From positions 2,752,001 through 2,816,000 of the forward strand of contig OY760183.1 of NCBI GenBank assembly GCA_963663275.1: DNA of 64,000 nucleotides. The letters are read 5' to 3'. The position numbers and the translations under genes are program-made. The notes under the pieces were generated by a model. It saw only the letters and a list, made by a program, of their open reading frames with translations, did no database searches and was not told the DNA's origin. This DNA comes from Chloroflexota bacterium (GTDB lineage: Bacteria > Chloroflexota > UBA11872 > VXOZ01). The number at the start of each line of letters is the position of its first letter. Positions within the stretch are counted from its first letter, which is position 1. Positions 49,901-59,878 of the stretch are shown here, one piece after another.

Positions 49901-51520
49901 GGCTTCAAGGTGACGCCTTTCATTGCCAGAATCCGGCACGCCATCCCCGGCATTCCGCTCATCTCGCCCCCGCCGCACCACGACATCTACTCGATCGAGG
50001 ACATCGCGCAACTGATCTACGACCTCAAGCAGGTGAACCCCCAGGCCCACGTGGGCGTGAAGTTGGTTTCCGAAGCCGGCGTGGGTACCGTGGCGGTTGG
50101 CGTGGCCAAGGCCTACGCCGACTACGTGCTCATCTCCGGCCAGGACGGCGGCACGGGCGCTTCACCGTTGAGTTCCATCAAGAACAGCGGCCTGCCCTGG
50201 GAACTGGGACTGGCGGAGACGCAGCAGACGCTGGTGCGCAACAACCTGCGCTCCCGCATCCGCGTCCGCGTGGACGGCGGCTTCAAGACCGGGCGCGACG
50301 TAGTGGTCGGCGCGATACTGGGCGGTGAAGAATTCGGCTTTGCCACCGCCAGCGTGGTGGCGATCGGCTGCGACATGGCGCGCCAATGCCACCTGAACAC
50401 CTGCCCCACCGGCGTCGCCACCCAGCGCGAGGACTTGCGCGAGAAGTTCACCGGCACGCCGGAGATGCTCGTGAATTACCTGACCTTGGTTGCCCAGGAA
50501 GTGCGAGAGATCATGGCGAGCCTGGGCGTGCGCTCGCTCGAAGAAATCATCGGCCGCACCGAGATGCTGCGCCAACGGACGCTTCCCGGCGGCCACAAGG
50601 CGAACACCATAGACCTGCGCCCGCTCCTGGCCCAGGATAACCCGAACGGCGAATTGGCCCGCTACTGCGTTGAAGAGCGGAACGACCGGCCCGGGGCCGT
50701 TTTGGACGATACCATCGTCCAGGACGCCGCCGCCGCCGTTGCCGGCGAGAGCCGCGCCAGCCTGGAGTACGGCGTGCGGAATCACATGCGCGGCGTGGGC
50801 GCGCGCGTCGCCGGCGCGGTTGCCATGCGGCACGGCAACGGGGGCCTGCAGGCCGGCGCGCTGGCGCTGGACTTCCAGGGCAGCGTGGGTCAGTCGTTTG
50901 GCGCTTTCTGCGTGCCCGGCATGGCGCTCACGCTCCACGGCGAAGCCCAGGACTACGTCGCCAAAGGCATGACCGGCGGTGAAATCGCCATCCTTCCGCC
51001 GCCGGAGGCTGATCTGAAGTCCCATGAAAACGTCATCATCGGCAATACCTGTCTCTATGGCGCTACGGGCGGGTCTCTCTTCGTAGCCGGCCTGGCGGGA
51101 GAGCGGTTTGCCGTGCGCAACAGCGGCGCGGAAGCCGTGGTGGAAGGCGCCGGCGACCACTGCTGCGAGTACATGACCAGCGGCACGGTAGCCGTGCTCG
51201 GAGAAGTCGGGCGCAACTTCGGCGCCGGCATGGCCGCCGGCATCGCCTTCGTGCTGGATGAAAACCACACCTTCTCACGACGCTACAACCCGGAGATGGT
51301 GGACATCGAACCGCTTAGCGACGGCGAGGACATCGCAACCCTCCAGCGCCTGCTCGAACGACACGTTGCCCTTACCCAAAGCCCTCGCGGCCAGGCGATC
51401 CTGCGGGACTTCGAACGCTACCTTCCCCTGTTCTGGAAGGTGTACCCCAAGCCGCTCCGGGAACTCATGGAGCAGCAGTCGTTGATCGAGACGGCGGCCG
51501 AAGTGGGCGCGGCCGATTGA
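46952..51520 (+). CDS. gltB: Glutamate synthase large subunit
   Basis: DACGVG, HNGEIN, DRNGLRP, QVASARFG, AQGSKPGEGG, CHLNTCP and GERFAVRNSG. Confidence 0.96.
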   Translation: MDLPSSFSPMSPERKPKPAGLYRPEFEFDACGVGFIASISGVPEHSILRTAVQAVVGLTHRGAISADGRTGDGAGILTQLPRRLLLRELAERGIRHVAADDIGLGMVYLPPADDPSAKQAVAVVNRVLEEHGIPLLAWRPAPVDVAALGEIAARSMPDIQQVLVQRPAGLDDLAFERALYVARRNIQGEAQRAGIDALYLPSFSHRTVVYKALLVAAQLAEFYLDLKDPDYETALAVFHQRYSSNTFPTWQLAQPFRLLAHNGEINTLWGNRNWTRAREHSMIAAAWDERIDAGIPFIEPEGSDSASLDNLAEFMHLSGRDILHTLAMMMPEAWEHDEDMDPDLRAFHAYHAGLAEPWEGPAALAFTDGRVAAASLDRNGLRPARYKVTRSGMVVVSSEASAAIVPDADVIEKGRLGPGEMIAVDTENHRLLTDRDIKRRLAERAPYGAWLRERRVRAKAPALDPADSLDFDKDTLGVMHRAFGYGNEELRMVLDPMGKEGKDAVWSMGNDTPLAALSSQPRSFFNYFKQRFAQVTNPPIDPLRESLVMSLRSYIGGRGNILTETPGHAHLLEFESPLLDHGQFRDLVHQYDSSFSSIMLSTLYPVAEGRAGIERALRRLCKHAEESIDKGRTVLILSDLGVGPDHAPIPIMLAASAVHQHLARARKRMQASIVVESGEVWDIHHFACLLGHGVGFVYPYLAFETIRHLAETDRRQTVDTITAWRHYRASVEDGLLKIMSKMGISTLGGYRGAQIFEIVGLNSAVSDDYFTGTPSRIEGLGLEEIAAEVAERHAAAFGESTGALRGKRNGRLPDYGLYRFRRNGEYHAYSPSIVQALQLAARTGKTEDYRQYAEAVYSRPPTCLRDLLELVPGAPIPIEEVEPVEEIRRRFTSQAMSLGALSPEAHKAIAIALNRIGGRSNTGEGGEDPDWYKPLPNGDSASCAVKQVASARFGVTTEYLTQAQELEIKMAQGSKPGEGGQLPGFKVTPFIARIRHAIPGIPLISPPPHHDIYSIEDIAQLIYDLKQVNPQAHVGVKLVSEAGVGTVAVGVAKAYADYVLISGQDGGTGASPLSSIKNSGLPWELGLAETQQTLVRNNLRSRIRVRVDGGFKTGRDVVVGAILGGEEFGFATASVVAIGCDMARQCHLNTCPTGVATQREDLREKFTGTPEMLVNYLTLVAQEVREIMASLGVRSLEEIIGRTEMLRQRTLPGGHKANTIDLRPLLAQDNPNGELARYCVEERNDRPGAVLDDTIVQDAAAAVAGESRASLEYGVRNHMRGVGARVAGAVAMRHGNGGLQAGALALDFQGSVGQSFGAFCVPGMALTLHGEAQDYVAKGMTGGEIAILPPPEADLKSHENVIIGNTCLYGATGGSLFVAGLAGERFAVRNSGAEAVVEGAGDHCCEYMTSGTVAVLGEVGRNFGAGMAAGIAFVLDENHTFSRRYNPEMVDIEPLSDGEDIATLQRLLERHVALTQSPRGQAILRDFERYLPLFWKVYPKPLRELMEQQSLIETAAEVGAAD

Positions 51521-51829
51521 GCGGGAGCGCCAACTTCAACGTAGGTGACCCTGTGGCAACCACGCCTTGCTGCGTGATTTTGCGGTTGCCTTGGCTTCTC
51601 CCTGCGCCGCCGCGCGCGCTGGCTTTGTTATAGGCGCATTCCGCCGCGCCCGCGCCCGCCGGTCTTCACCCAGCCGCTCCCCAGCGGGCGGCACACGGGC
51701 GTTCCTTAGCGCGTCAACCGCTTCTGTGCTACAATACCAGCGGCGCGTGCGCCTCCGGCACGGGGCGTTAAGCTGCCACAGCGCGCAAGTCCCGAACGAA
51801 CGCAATGGAATCGCGAGGCCCTGCCCCCA

Positions 51830-53026
51830 ATGGAGACGATCGAATACCGCGAGATGCAGCCGGACGATGTCTTGCAGGCGCTGGCCCTCCGCAACGAGGT
51901 GTTCCCAGACGCGCCGGTAGCCCAGGAAGACTGGGAACGAGACGAGATGCTGGCCTCGATCGCGGTACTCGAAGGCCAGGTGGTAGGAGCCATACCGCTG
52001 GCGCTCCGGGATGTAGTAATCGCCCCGGGCGTGACGATTACGGCGGCCTTCGAAAACTCGGTGGGCACCCGCGAGGAACTCCGCAGCCAGGGCATCGGCA
52101 GGGGTATGATCGCCAAGGCCCGCGAGTTCCTGCCTGAACGCGCCGACGCCCTCTTCGTCTACCGCGGCGACGAACGCAGCGACGGCTACCGCTTCTACGC
52201 GACAACCAATCACTACGACCTGCTCTACTCCCGGCACTACCGCTTCGGCTCGCCGGAGACCGGCCACCTGCCGCCCGGGATTACCCTGGCGGGCAAAGAG
52301 TCGGTCTTTCTCAACATGGAGCGCCTCCAGGCCGTCTTCAATAGCACCTACGGACGCCACGGCGGTTATCCGCAACGCGGCGAGGACTATTGGCAACGGG
52401 CGCTCACTTCTTCCATCTACGCGGAATTTCCCACGGACTTTTCATTCGTTCACATCATCCAAAGCGAAGAACTGCTGGGCTACGCCATCTGCGGCGTGCG
52501 CACCACGCGGCACAACAGCACGGCCCACGTGCTGGAGATGGCGACGCTGGGAGGGGACCTGAGCATCGGACAGCGCATTCTTACCGGCGTGGCGAGCGTG
52601 GCCGCCGAGCGCAAACTGGGCGTGGACATCCAGGTATCCGACTCTGATCCGTTCCTGCCCTTGCTGCAATCGTACGGCTTTGCGCCGGAAGCGCGCGGCA
52701 CGATCATCATGGCGCAGGTCATCGACGTGCTCAGTTTCTTCCAGAATCACTGGCATCAGCGCTTCGACCTCTTCAACACCGCCCTCACCGTGAGCACGCC
52801 GCAGGACGACTATCTCCTCATCGAGCCGGAGGTGCGCCAGCATACGCTGACGTTGGAAATGAAAGAGGAGACGCTCCACCGCTGGCTGCTGGCGCGGCTT
52901 GACCTGCGCGCCCGCCTGGCCGAAGGCAGCGTAACCGCCTACGGCGCCAGCGATCAGGTGATCGAGCGCGTGTGCGACGCGATACCGTGCGCGCCGTGGG
53001 CCTACCACTTCATCGACTGGATCTAA
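51830..53026 (+). CDS. Eis-like GNAT acetyltransferase
   Basis: VGTREELRSQGIG acetyl-CoA motif, RFY, ~400 aa with SCP2-like C-terminus. Confidence 0.7.
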   Translation: METIEYREMQPDDVLQALALRNEVFPDAPVAQEDWERDEMLASIAVLEGQVVGAIPLALRDVVIAPGVTITAAFENSVGTREELRSQGIGRGMIAKAREFLPERADALFVYRGDERSDGYRFYATTNHYDLLYSRHYRFGSPETGHLPPGITLAGKESVFLNMERLQAVFNSTYGRHGGYPQRGEDYWQRALTSSIYAEFPTDFSFVHIIQSEELLGYAICGVRTTRHNSTAHVLEMATLGGDLSIGQRILTGVASVAAERKLGVDIQVSDSDPFLPLLQSYGFAPEARGTIIMAQVIDVLSFFQNHWHQRFDLFNTALTVSTPQDDYLLIEPEVRQHTLTLEMKEETLHRWLLARLDLRARLAEGSVTAYGASDQVIERVCDAIPCAPWAYHFIDWI

Positions 53027-53086
53027 GCGCCTGAACCCGGCCGGCCCGCTCGCGCCGCCGTTCACCCGACGCGCGCTGGCCTTCCC

Positions 53087-53633
53087 GTAGCGCGGGGGCT
53101 CGTCCCCCGCCTCCGCACACGGCACTGTCGCTCTACCGTAGCCCGGGGGCTTGTCCCCAATGCTGTCGCATTAACGTAGCGCGGGGGCTTGTCCCCCGCC
53201 GGAACAAGAAAAGCGAGAACGAAATGGATTGACCTTACGGAAGACGCAGGTTACAAACCTGCGCTACCGGAGAAACGAGCGCAGTTTTCATTCTCATCGC
53301 GTTTAATGCGACAGCATTGGGGCTTGTCCCCCGCCTCACCACACGGCACTGTCGCTCTACCGTAGCGCGGGGGCTTGTTCCCCGCCTCACCACACGGCAC
53401 TGTCGCTCTACCGTAGCCCGGGGGCTTGTCCCCCGCCTCAGCACGCGGTACGCTGTCCGCATGAATGGGACTTGCCCTCCATTGCCCGGTAGCGCAGGTT
53501 CGCACGAGACGTGCGCATAACCTGCGTCTTCCGTAGGGCCAATCCATTCCGTTCTAATTTTGCCTGCTCCGGCGGGGGGACAAGCCCCCGCGCTACGTAA
53601 AGGAGACAGCAAGGGGCTTATCCCCGCGCTACG
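53087..53633. repeat. GTAG-REP cluster: four 51-bp tandem units plus further REP pairs
   Basis: GTAG units at 53087, 53138, 53362 and 53413. Confidence 0.8.
53158..53319. mobile_element. 162-bp IS4-like MITE
   Basis: Perfect 17-bp TIR CAATGCTGTCGCATTAA; 11-bp duplication GGGCTTGTCCC. Confidence 0.85.
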
Positions 53634-53717
53634 TTGAGGCGAGAGCATAAGGGCAAGGCCGCGTCCCAATCGCACGCAACGCCCATGAAATTACCATTCA
53701 CCGGCAAAGGAAGCGCA

Positions 53718-54935
53718 ATGAATTCCGCAGTCAATTGGCAAGACCATCCCGCCATCGTCGTCTGGAGCGACGATTGGGGCATGAACGCCTGGGCGCCGAC
53801 CGAGGAAGCCTACACCGCCACCCGCCACGAGGAACTCATGCGCACCCGCTGGTCGTCGGGCAGCCTGGAGACGCCGGCGGACCTGGAGCGCACGTTTCAA
53901 TTGCTGGAAGCCCATCGCGGCGGCGACGACCAGCCGATCGTCTTCGAACCCTACTACATCGTGGGCGGCCCGGACTACGACGCCATCCAGGAGACCGCGT
54001 TTCGCCACTACGTGGACATTGGCCTCGACCAAGGCGTCTCCCAAGGTTGGGAGCGCGGCGACACCGTGAGCAAAGCGCGCGAGGGCATGGAGCGCGGCGT
54101 GTGGGCGCCGCAATACCACGGCCGCACCCACCACTTCAGCCACCACCGCTGGCTCAAACGCCTCCGCGAGGGTGAAGAACGGGCGCAACGCATGTTCGCC
54201 CACCGCATGTACGTCTGCGAGACGGTGCGCGAGCGCGTGCCGGAGCACGAGGACATGCCGGAACCGGAACGCCTGGAGTGGGTGCGCGGGGCGCTGAGCT
54301 ACTTCATCCGCGCTTTCGGCTACCCGCCCGCCAGCGTGCGCAATTCGGACGAGGCCGAAATCGCCTGGGCCGCGCAGGGCATCGGCATACGGGTGGGCGT
54401 GTCCGACCGCGCCGGCGAAGACCAAACCGGCAAACGCTCCCCGGTGGCCGACCTCTGGTACGCGGGCAGAGCCATCAACTTCGAGCCCTTTATGACCGCC
54501 GACCAGGAGGATATCCTCGCCCGCGTGCAGGCCGAAACCGCCGCCGCGTGGCAAGCGAACCGGCCGGCGTTCATCAGCAGCCACCGCCGCAACTTTACCG
54601 CCTTCACCGACGACGTGGATAACAACTTCGCGGTTTGGGACTCCTATCTCTCCTGGCTGGAAGCGCGGCATCCCACGCACGTCTTTCTCACCATGCCCGA
54701 GGTCCGCCAGCTTTGGGAGAACGGCGTGTCGAGCCGCCGCTACGGCAATGTTATCATCTTCCGCAACTGGACAAAGAAGCAGCAGACGATGACGTGCGCG
54801 GCGCGACCCTACGAAGCCGTGGCAGACATTGCGCACGCCGATGATGAATCCGCGCTCTCGGTGTCGAGCGCGGGCGGGAAGCACATCCTGGTTGCGCCTC
54901 ACGGCAACTACTGCGTCAAGGTGGAAGCACGCTGA
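53718..54935 (+). CDS. Hypothetical protein, possibly polysaccharide deacetylase-like
   Basis: SDDWG, QYHGRTH and ISSHRRN motifs; strong GC3 codon bias. Confidence 0.55.
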   Translation: MNSAVNWQDHPAIVVWSDDWGMNAWAPTEEAYTATRHEELMRTRWSSGSLETPADLERTFQLLEAHRGGDDQPIVFEPYYIVGGPDYDAIQETAFRHYVDIGLDQGVSQGWERGDTVSKAREGMERGVWAPQYHGRTHHFSHHRWLKRLREGEERAQRMFAHRMYVCETVRERVPEHEDMPEPERLEWVRGALSYFIRAFGYPPASVRNSDEAEIAWAAQGIGIRVGVSDRAGEDQTGKRSPVADLWYAGRAINFEPFMTADQEDILARVQAETAAAWQANRPAFISSHRRNFTAFTDDVDNNFAVWDSYLSWLEARHPTHVFLTMPEVRQLWENGVSSRRYGNVIIFRNWTKKQQTMTCAARPYEAVADIAHADDESALSVSSAGGKHILVAPHGNYCVKVEAR

Positions 54936-54996
54936 TGCGTTCGCGGCGGCTCATGCTATACTGCAAGCAGCCAAAGATAACTGGAAAAGGAATACG

Positions 54997-55407
54997 ATGG
55001 AAACGCCAAACGGTAGACAGGAGCAGGTAGAAAGGCACGCCGCCACCAGCCTGCGGTTCATCGTTCAGTCCCAGGAAGAGCTTCAAAGCGGAGATACGCT
55101 TCAGGCATCGGAAAAAGCGTGGGGCGCGGCGGCACATGCCATGAAAGCCGCCGCGGAGAGCCGGGGATGGGAGCATCGAACTCACAGGCTTCTGTTCGAC
55201 GTCGCGGCCCGCATCGCGGACGAAACGGGCGACCCCGAACTGTTCGGCCTCTTCAAGGAAGCCAGCGCCTTGCACCAGAACTTCTACGAGGGCTGGGAAT
55301 CGGACTATACCGTGCAAAAGAGCATCGAGCGCGTGAAGCGGCTGGTGGAGAAGATGGAAGCGCTGCGGCTGCAAGCAAATGGAAAGTCGCAAGGCGTCTC
55401 CGGCTGA
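54997..55407 (+). CDS. PaREP1-family (HEPN-like) protein
   Basis: QASEKAWGAAAHAMKA and LHQNFYE motifs. Confidence 0.75.
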   Translation: METPNGRQEQVERHAATSLRFIVQSQEELQSGDTLQASEKAWGAAAHAMKAAAESRGWEHRTHRLLFDVAARIADETGDPELFGLFKEASALHQNFYEGWESDYTVQKSIERVKRLVEKMEALRLQANGKSQGVSG

Positions 55408-55552
55408 ATTGCGACAATGCACGCAAGAGAACGGCGGCGCTGCGTGGGGGCCAATGCGCCGCTGTCGCGGCGCGCATGGACGCTCTGTACCCCCCAGTCG
55501 CGCCGGCCGCCGCGTGACGCGCTACGGCAGATTCTAAGAAGGGACACCATCA

Positions 55553-56854
55553 GTGCGACGCATTACCCGCTCCCAGGAGCTTTGGCAGCGCGCCCGCAAG
55601 CATCTTGCCGCCGGCGTGAGCAGCAACATCCGCCTGCAGGAACGCCCCACGCCGCTCTACTTCAGCCACGGCCGGGGTTCCCGCCTGTTCGACGTGGACG
55701 GCAATGAGTTCATCGACTACGTAGCCGCCTACGGGCCGCTCATTCTGGGACACAGCCATCCTGAGCTTGTTGAGGCCGTACAGAAGCAGGTGGCGTTGGG
55801 CCAGACCTACGGCGGCCAACACGAGATTGAAGTAGAAGCGTCGGAGAAGATTGCGGCGCTGGTACCCGCCATGGACGTGGTGCGTTTCTGCGGCAGCGGC
55901 TCCGAGGCCAACCACGCCCTCTTCCGCCTGGCGCGCGCCTACACCGGCCGCACGAAGATCGTGCGCTTCGAGGGCCACTACCACGGCTGGCTGGACGACC
56001 AACTCGTCAGCGATCATCCGCAGTCCGAGGAAGAAGCAGGCGCGCTGCCCTTTCCCCGGCCGGTGCTTGGCAGCCAGGGGCAACTGCCACACGCCGCCGG
56101 CGAGACCCTGGTGCTGCCGTGGAACGACCTTGACGCCTTTGCGGCCCTCATCGAGCGCGAGGGGCGCAACGTGGCCGCCGTCATTACCGAACCCATCATG
56201 TGCAACGGCGGCTTCATCCTGCCGCAGCCGGGCTTTCTGGAAGGCCTCCGGGACATCTGCACCCGCGAGAAAGTCTTGCTCATCTTCGACGAGGTCATCA
56301 CGGGCTTCCGCGCGGATCTCCACGGCGCGCAGGGCTTGCTCGGAGTCACGCCGGACCTGGTGACACTTGGCAAAGCCGTCGCCAACGGCTTTCCGCTGAG
56401 CGTCTTCGGGGGACGCCGCGACATCATGGGCCTGGTAGGCGACGGCGTCATGCACGGCGGCACGTACAACGGCAATCCCATCACCCTCGCCGCCGCCAAC
56501 GCCACGCTGGACGTGCTCGCCCGCGACGACGGCGCGGTGTACGAGCAGATCCGCGCGACTGGCCGCAGCCTGATGGACGGCATCCGGCAAGCGGCGCAGG
56601 AAGCCGGTCAGGCCGTGTTGGTACAAGGCATCGGCCCGGTCTTCTTCGCCTGGTTCACGGAGCGGCAGGAAATCGCCTCCTTCCGCGACAACTGGGACTG
56701 CGATGAGGATACGTACGCCGCGTTCCAGGGCAAACTCATCGATCACGGCGTGCGCGCCATTCCCTCGGGCCGCTGGTACGTCTCCGCCGCGCACACCGAC
56801 GAGGACGTGCGCCAAACGGTTGACGCGGTGGCAAAGGCGTTACAGGAAGTGTAG
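55553..56854 (+). CDS. Glutamate-1-semialdehyde aminomutase-like class III aminotransferase
   Basis: DVDGNEFID, SGSEA, FEGHYHG, FDEVITGFR, GK and GTYNGNP motifs. Confidence 0.87.
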   Translation: MRRITRSQELWQRARKHLAAGVSSNIRLQERPTPLYFSHGRGSRLFDVDGNEFIDYVAAYGPLILGHSHPELVEAVQKQVALGQTYGGQHEIEVEASEKIAALVPAMDVVRFCGSGSEANHALFRLARAYTGRTKIVRFEGHYHGWLDDQLVSDHPQSEEEAGALPFPRPVLGSQGQLPHAAGETLVLPWNDLDAFAALIEREGRNVAAVITEPIMCNGGFILPQPGFLEGLRDICTREKVLLIFDEVITGFRADLHGAQGLLGVTPDLVTLGKAVANGFPLSVFGGRRDIMGLVGDGVMHGGTYNGNPITLAAANATLDVLARDDGAVYEQIRATGRSLMDGIRQAAQEAGQAVLVQGIGPVFFAWFTERQEIASFRDNWDCDEDTYAAFQGKLIDHGVRAIPSGRWYVSAAHTDEDVRQTVDAVAKALQEV

Positions 56855-56922
56855 CGACGCAGACCAGGCCATCAGGCGATACGACTGATACGCAATTGCG
56901 AGTACACGAGGAGTAACCAAGA

Positions 56923-57684
56923 ATGCCAGACCTGCTTGTCGGCAAGAATGCCATCGTCACCGGCGCCGCCAGCGGCATCGGACAGGCCATTGCCCTCGCC
57001 TTTCTGCGCGAAGGCGCGAACGTCCTTGGCGCGGACCTCAATGAAGAAGGTCTGGAAGAAACGGCAAACCGTGCCAGCGAGCACGACTCTACGTTTCTCA
57101 CCCACCGCTGCGACGTCACCCAGCGCGCCGACGTGGAAGCAACCGTCGCCCGGGCCGTGGCGGAATTCGGCAAGCTCGACGTCATGGCCGCGATCGCCGG
57201 TATCGCCCTTGAGCATGACTTCGTGGACATCGAGGATGAAGACTGGCATCGGGTCGCCGCGGTCAACATGCACGGCGTCTATCTCTGCGACCAGGTGGCC
57301 GCCCGGCAGATGGTCGCGCAGGGGCACGGCGGCCGCATCATCAACATGTCCTCCGTGAACGGCATCATGGGTGAGGAAGAGTTGGCCGCCTACAACACGT
57401 CCAAAGGCGCCGTCACGCTGCTAACGAAGAGCGCGGCCATCGACCTGGCGAAGCACGAAATCACCGTGAATTGCCTCGCCCCCGGCTACATTCGCACCCC
57501 CCTCACGGTAGAGAGCATCGCCGACGAGGCATGGATCAACGAGTATCTGAAGCGCGTCCCCTTCCGCCGGGTGGGCGAACCGGAAGAGGTGGCCGATTGC
57601 GCGGTCTTCCTCGCCAGCGACCTCAGCCGCTACGTCACCGGCCACGCGCTCGTAGTGGACGGCGGCCAGATCGCGGTAATCTAG
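56923..57684 (+). CDS. SDR oxidoreductase
   Basis: TGAASGIG, YNTSK and VDGG motifs. Confidence 0.92.
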   Translation: MPDLLVGKNAIVTGAASGIGQAIALAFLREGANVLGADLNEEGLEETANRASEHDSTFLTHRCDVTQRADVEATVARAVAEFGKLDVMAAIAGIALEHDFVDIEDEDWHRVAAVNMHGVYLCDQVAARQMVAQGHGGRIINMSSVNGIMGEEELAAYNTSKGAVTLLTKSAAIDLAKHEITVNCLAPGYIRTPLTVESIADEAWINEYLKRVPFRRVGEPEEVADCAVFLASDLSRYVTGHALVVDGGQIAVI

Positions 57685-57753
57685 GCCGCAGGCTGCGCAC
57701 GACACGCGGTTTTCATCAAGATAGCCCATTGTTCATTCAGGCTAAAGGCAATT

Positions 57754-57868
57754 CCGTTCGCCCTGAGCCTGTCGATGGGTGAACGGAATTGCCGTGCCAA
57801 CGAAGCGTCAGCCGCTCATGCTTCGACAAGCCTGTGCTGAGCCTGCCGAAGCGCTCAGCACGAACGGA
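57754..57868. repeat. Inverted REP-like pair (CCGTTCGCCCTGAGC..TCGA family)
   Basis: Same family as 3023-3113, 23690-23780 and 23910-23942. Confidence 0.7.
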
Positions 57869-57903
57869 TGACTGTCGCCAAGACTGGCAACCGAAAGGTT
57901 GCC

Positions 57904-58713
57904 TTACTCTTGCGGCTTAGGATGGAAATCCCGTTGCGGCCGGATTTCGCGGGCGCGGAACTCCTGCAGGAAATCTACAGTCCGCCTCACCGCCGCCTTG
58001 TAGAGAGCCTCACCCTTGGCGGCGCTGGCCCCGGTGGGATCGCCTTGGATGCCGGTTGACGTGTTGCGGCTGAAGAACTCCTGGTAGTGGATGCGGGTAT
58101 TGGCCGGCCAGGCGCCCCAGATGTGCTCGCTCTGCTGCACCTCTTCCACCGTGCGCACCGCCTTGCTCATGTCCACCAGGTCGGGATAGAGATAGAGCAT
58201 GAGCGAGGTCTCATCCTCGTCCGCGTGATGGCTCACGCCGTGCGACTCCCGGTCCCAGGTCAGATCTTCCGCCCGGATGAGCGCCCAGTAGTTGGCCAGC
58301 ACGCTGATCGCCGCGCTCTCGTTGTTGATGCGGCGCATGGCGAGGTCCATCACCGGCACGTTGCTGCCGTGGCCGTTGAGGAGCACGATGTGCCGGAAGC
58401 CGTGGTGGGCCAGACTAAAGCCAATTTGCGCCACGTAGTCGATAATCGTGTACATGTTGATGGCGATCGTGCCCGGAAAGTCCATGTGGTGCTCGTTGAA
58501 CGAATAGACCACCGGCGGCATCACTATCACGTTCGGCGCCAATTGCTCTGCCGCGTCGTTGGCGATGCGCTGCGGGATGATGTAGTCCACCATCAGCGGC
58601 ATGTGGGGCCCGTGCTGCTCCATGGTGCCCACCGGCAGCACGACCACCGGATCCTGCAAGGCCGCCGCGCCTACCTCCGGCGACTTGAGTTCTTCATAGC
58701 GGAAGTTTCCCAT
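57904..58713 (-). CDS. Creatininase-family amidohydrolase
   Basis: EQHGPHMP..D, NGHGSN and HADEDETS motifs. Confidence 0.9.
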   Translation of the reverse strand: MGNFRYEELKSPEVGAAALQDPVVVLPVGTMEQHGPHMPLMVDYIIPQRIANDAAEQLAPNVIVMPPVVYSFNEHHMDFPGTIAINMYTIIDYVAQIGFSLAHHGFRHIVLLNGHGSNVPVMDLAMRRINNESAAISVLANYWALIRAEDLTWDRESHGVSHHADEDETSLMLYLYPDLVDMSKAVRTVEEVQQSEHIWGAWPANTRIHYQEFFSRNTSTGIQGDPTGASAAKGEALYKAAVRRTVDFLQEFRAREIRPQRDFHPKPQE

Positions 58714-58807
58714 AGCGTCCGGTATCCTCTCTTGATGAATACAGCCGGGCTTTCATCGCTTTATCCCAACAAGTAGCGCGCAGTGCGGCAGCACGGAGCG
58801 CCGGCGC

Positions 58808-59878
58808 TCAGTCCACGCGCGGCACGGTCACCCACGCGCGGCTCTGGGCGGACTCTACCACCGCGTGCAGCACCTCTTGGGTCTTCAGTCCCTCGGTGAA
58901 GGTGGGTTTAATCTCGCGGTCCTCGCGCACGGACTGGACGAAGGTCTCCATCTGCCGCGTCGCGCCGGCCAGCAGTTGCCCGCCGTGGCCTCTATCCACG
59001 GTAGGCGGTTCGCCCGGGATCGGCTCGTTCGTGCCGTCGGGCATGAAGAGGCGCCCCTGGCCGTTCTCGTAGAGAATGCCGCCCTTGCGCCCGTTGATCA
59101 TGAAGTGGCGCCTCCCCACCGGATAGTCGGCGTGCACCGAACCCAGCCGGCTCAGGCCCAGCGTGCCGTGCGCGCCGTTGGCCAGTTGCATGAGCACGAT
59201 CGTATCGTCGTCCAGGTCGTGCGCGTGGGGCGTGCCGTCGTCGGCGAAGACCTGCGGCGTGAAGGTCTTCATATTGGCGCAGACATCGGTGATGTCGCCA
59301 ACGAGGAAGTGCGCCAGGTCGATGTGATGGGAGCCCAGGTCCCCCAGGATGCCGGTGCCCGTGCGCTTGGCGTCGGTGCGCCACGTGAAGCGCGGCTGCG
59401 GCGACCGCACCAACGCCGGGTTGAGGCTCTGCCCGTGCACGTGCACGACCTCTCCAATCACGTCGTCCTCGATGAGCCGGCGGATGTTATTGGCCGCCAT
59501 GTTCCAGCGATTGGAAAAGCCCACCACCGTGCGCAGGTCCGCTTCGCGGGCCGCCTCGTACATCTCGCGGGCTTCTTCCACCGTGACCGCCAGGGGCTTC
59601 TCGCAGAATATGTGCTTACCGGCCCGCGCGGAACGCATAACCAGATCGTGGTGAAAGGCGTCCGGCGCGTCCACCAGCACACCGTCGATCTCACCGACCG
59701 CCAGCAGGTCATCGGGGTCGGTGAAGGCGTGCCGCACACCAAACTTGGCGGCGAAGTCCCGCGCCCCGGCCTCGCGCGGGCCGCAGACCGCGATAAGTTC
59801 CACCCCCTCGATGTGCGCCAGTCCTTCCGCGTGCACGTCGGCAATCATGCCATAGCCAAACACTCCGAATCTCAGCAT
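58808..59878 (-). CDS. Gfo/Idh/MocA oxidoreductase
   Basis: GVFGYG, FCEKP and DLGSH motifs. Confidence 0.88.
   Translation of the reverse strand: MLRFGVFGYGMIADVHAEGLAHIEGVELIAVCGPREAGARDFAAKFGVRHAFTDPDDLLAVGEIDGVLVDAPDAFHHDLVMRSARAGKHIFCEKPLAVTVEEAREMYEAAREADLRTVVGFSNRWNMAANNIRRLIEDDVIGEVVHVHGQSLNPALVRSPQPRFTWRTDAKRTGTGILGDLGSHHIDLAHFLVGDITDVCANMKTFTPQVFADDGTPHAHDLDDDTIVLMQLANGAHGTLGLSRLGSVHADYPVGRRHFMINGRKGGILYENGQGRLFMPDGTNEPIPGEPPTVDRGHGGQLLAGATRQMETFVQSVREDREIKPTFTEGLKTQEVLHAVVESAQSRAWVTVPRVD

Noticed and set aside
53087-53463. Possible CRISPR array
   Set aside because: Spacers are essentially identical, the repeat is a dispersed GTAG-REP, and there are no cas genes
55553-56854. Calling this gene hemL
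   Set aside because: Catabolic neighbourhood and divergent motifs; paralog of unknown substrate
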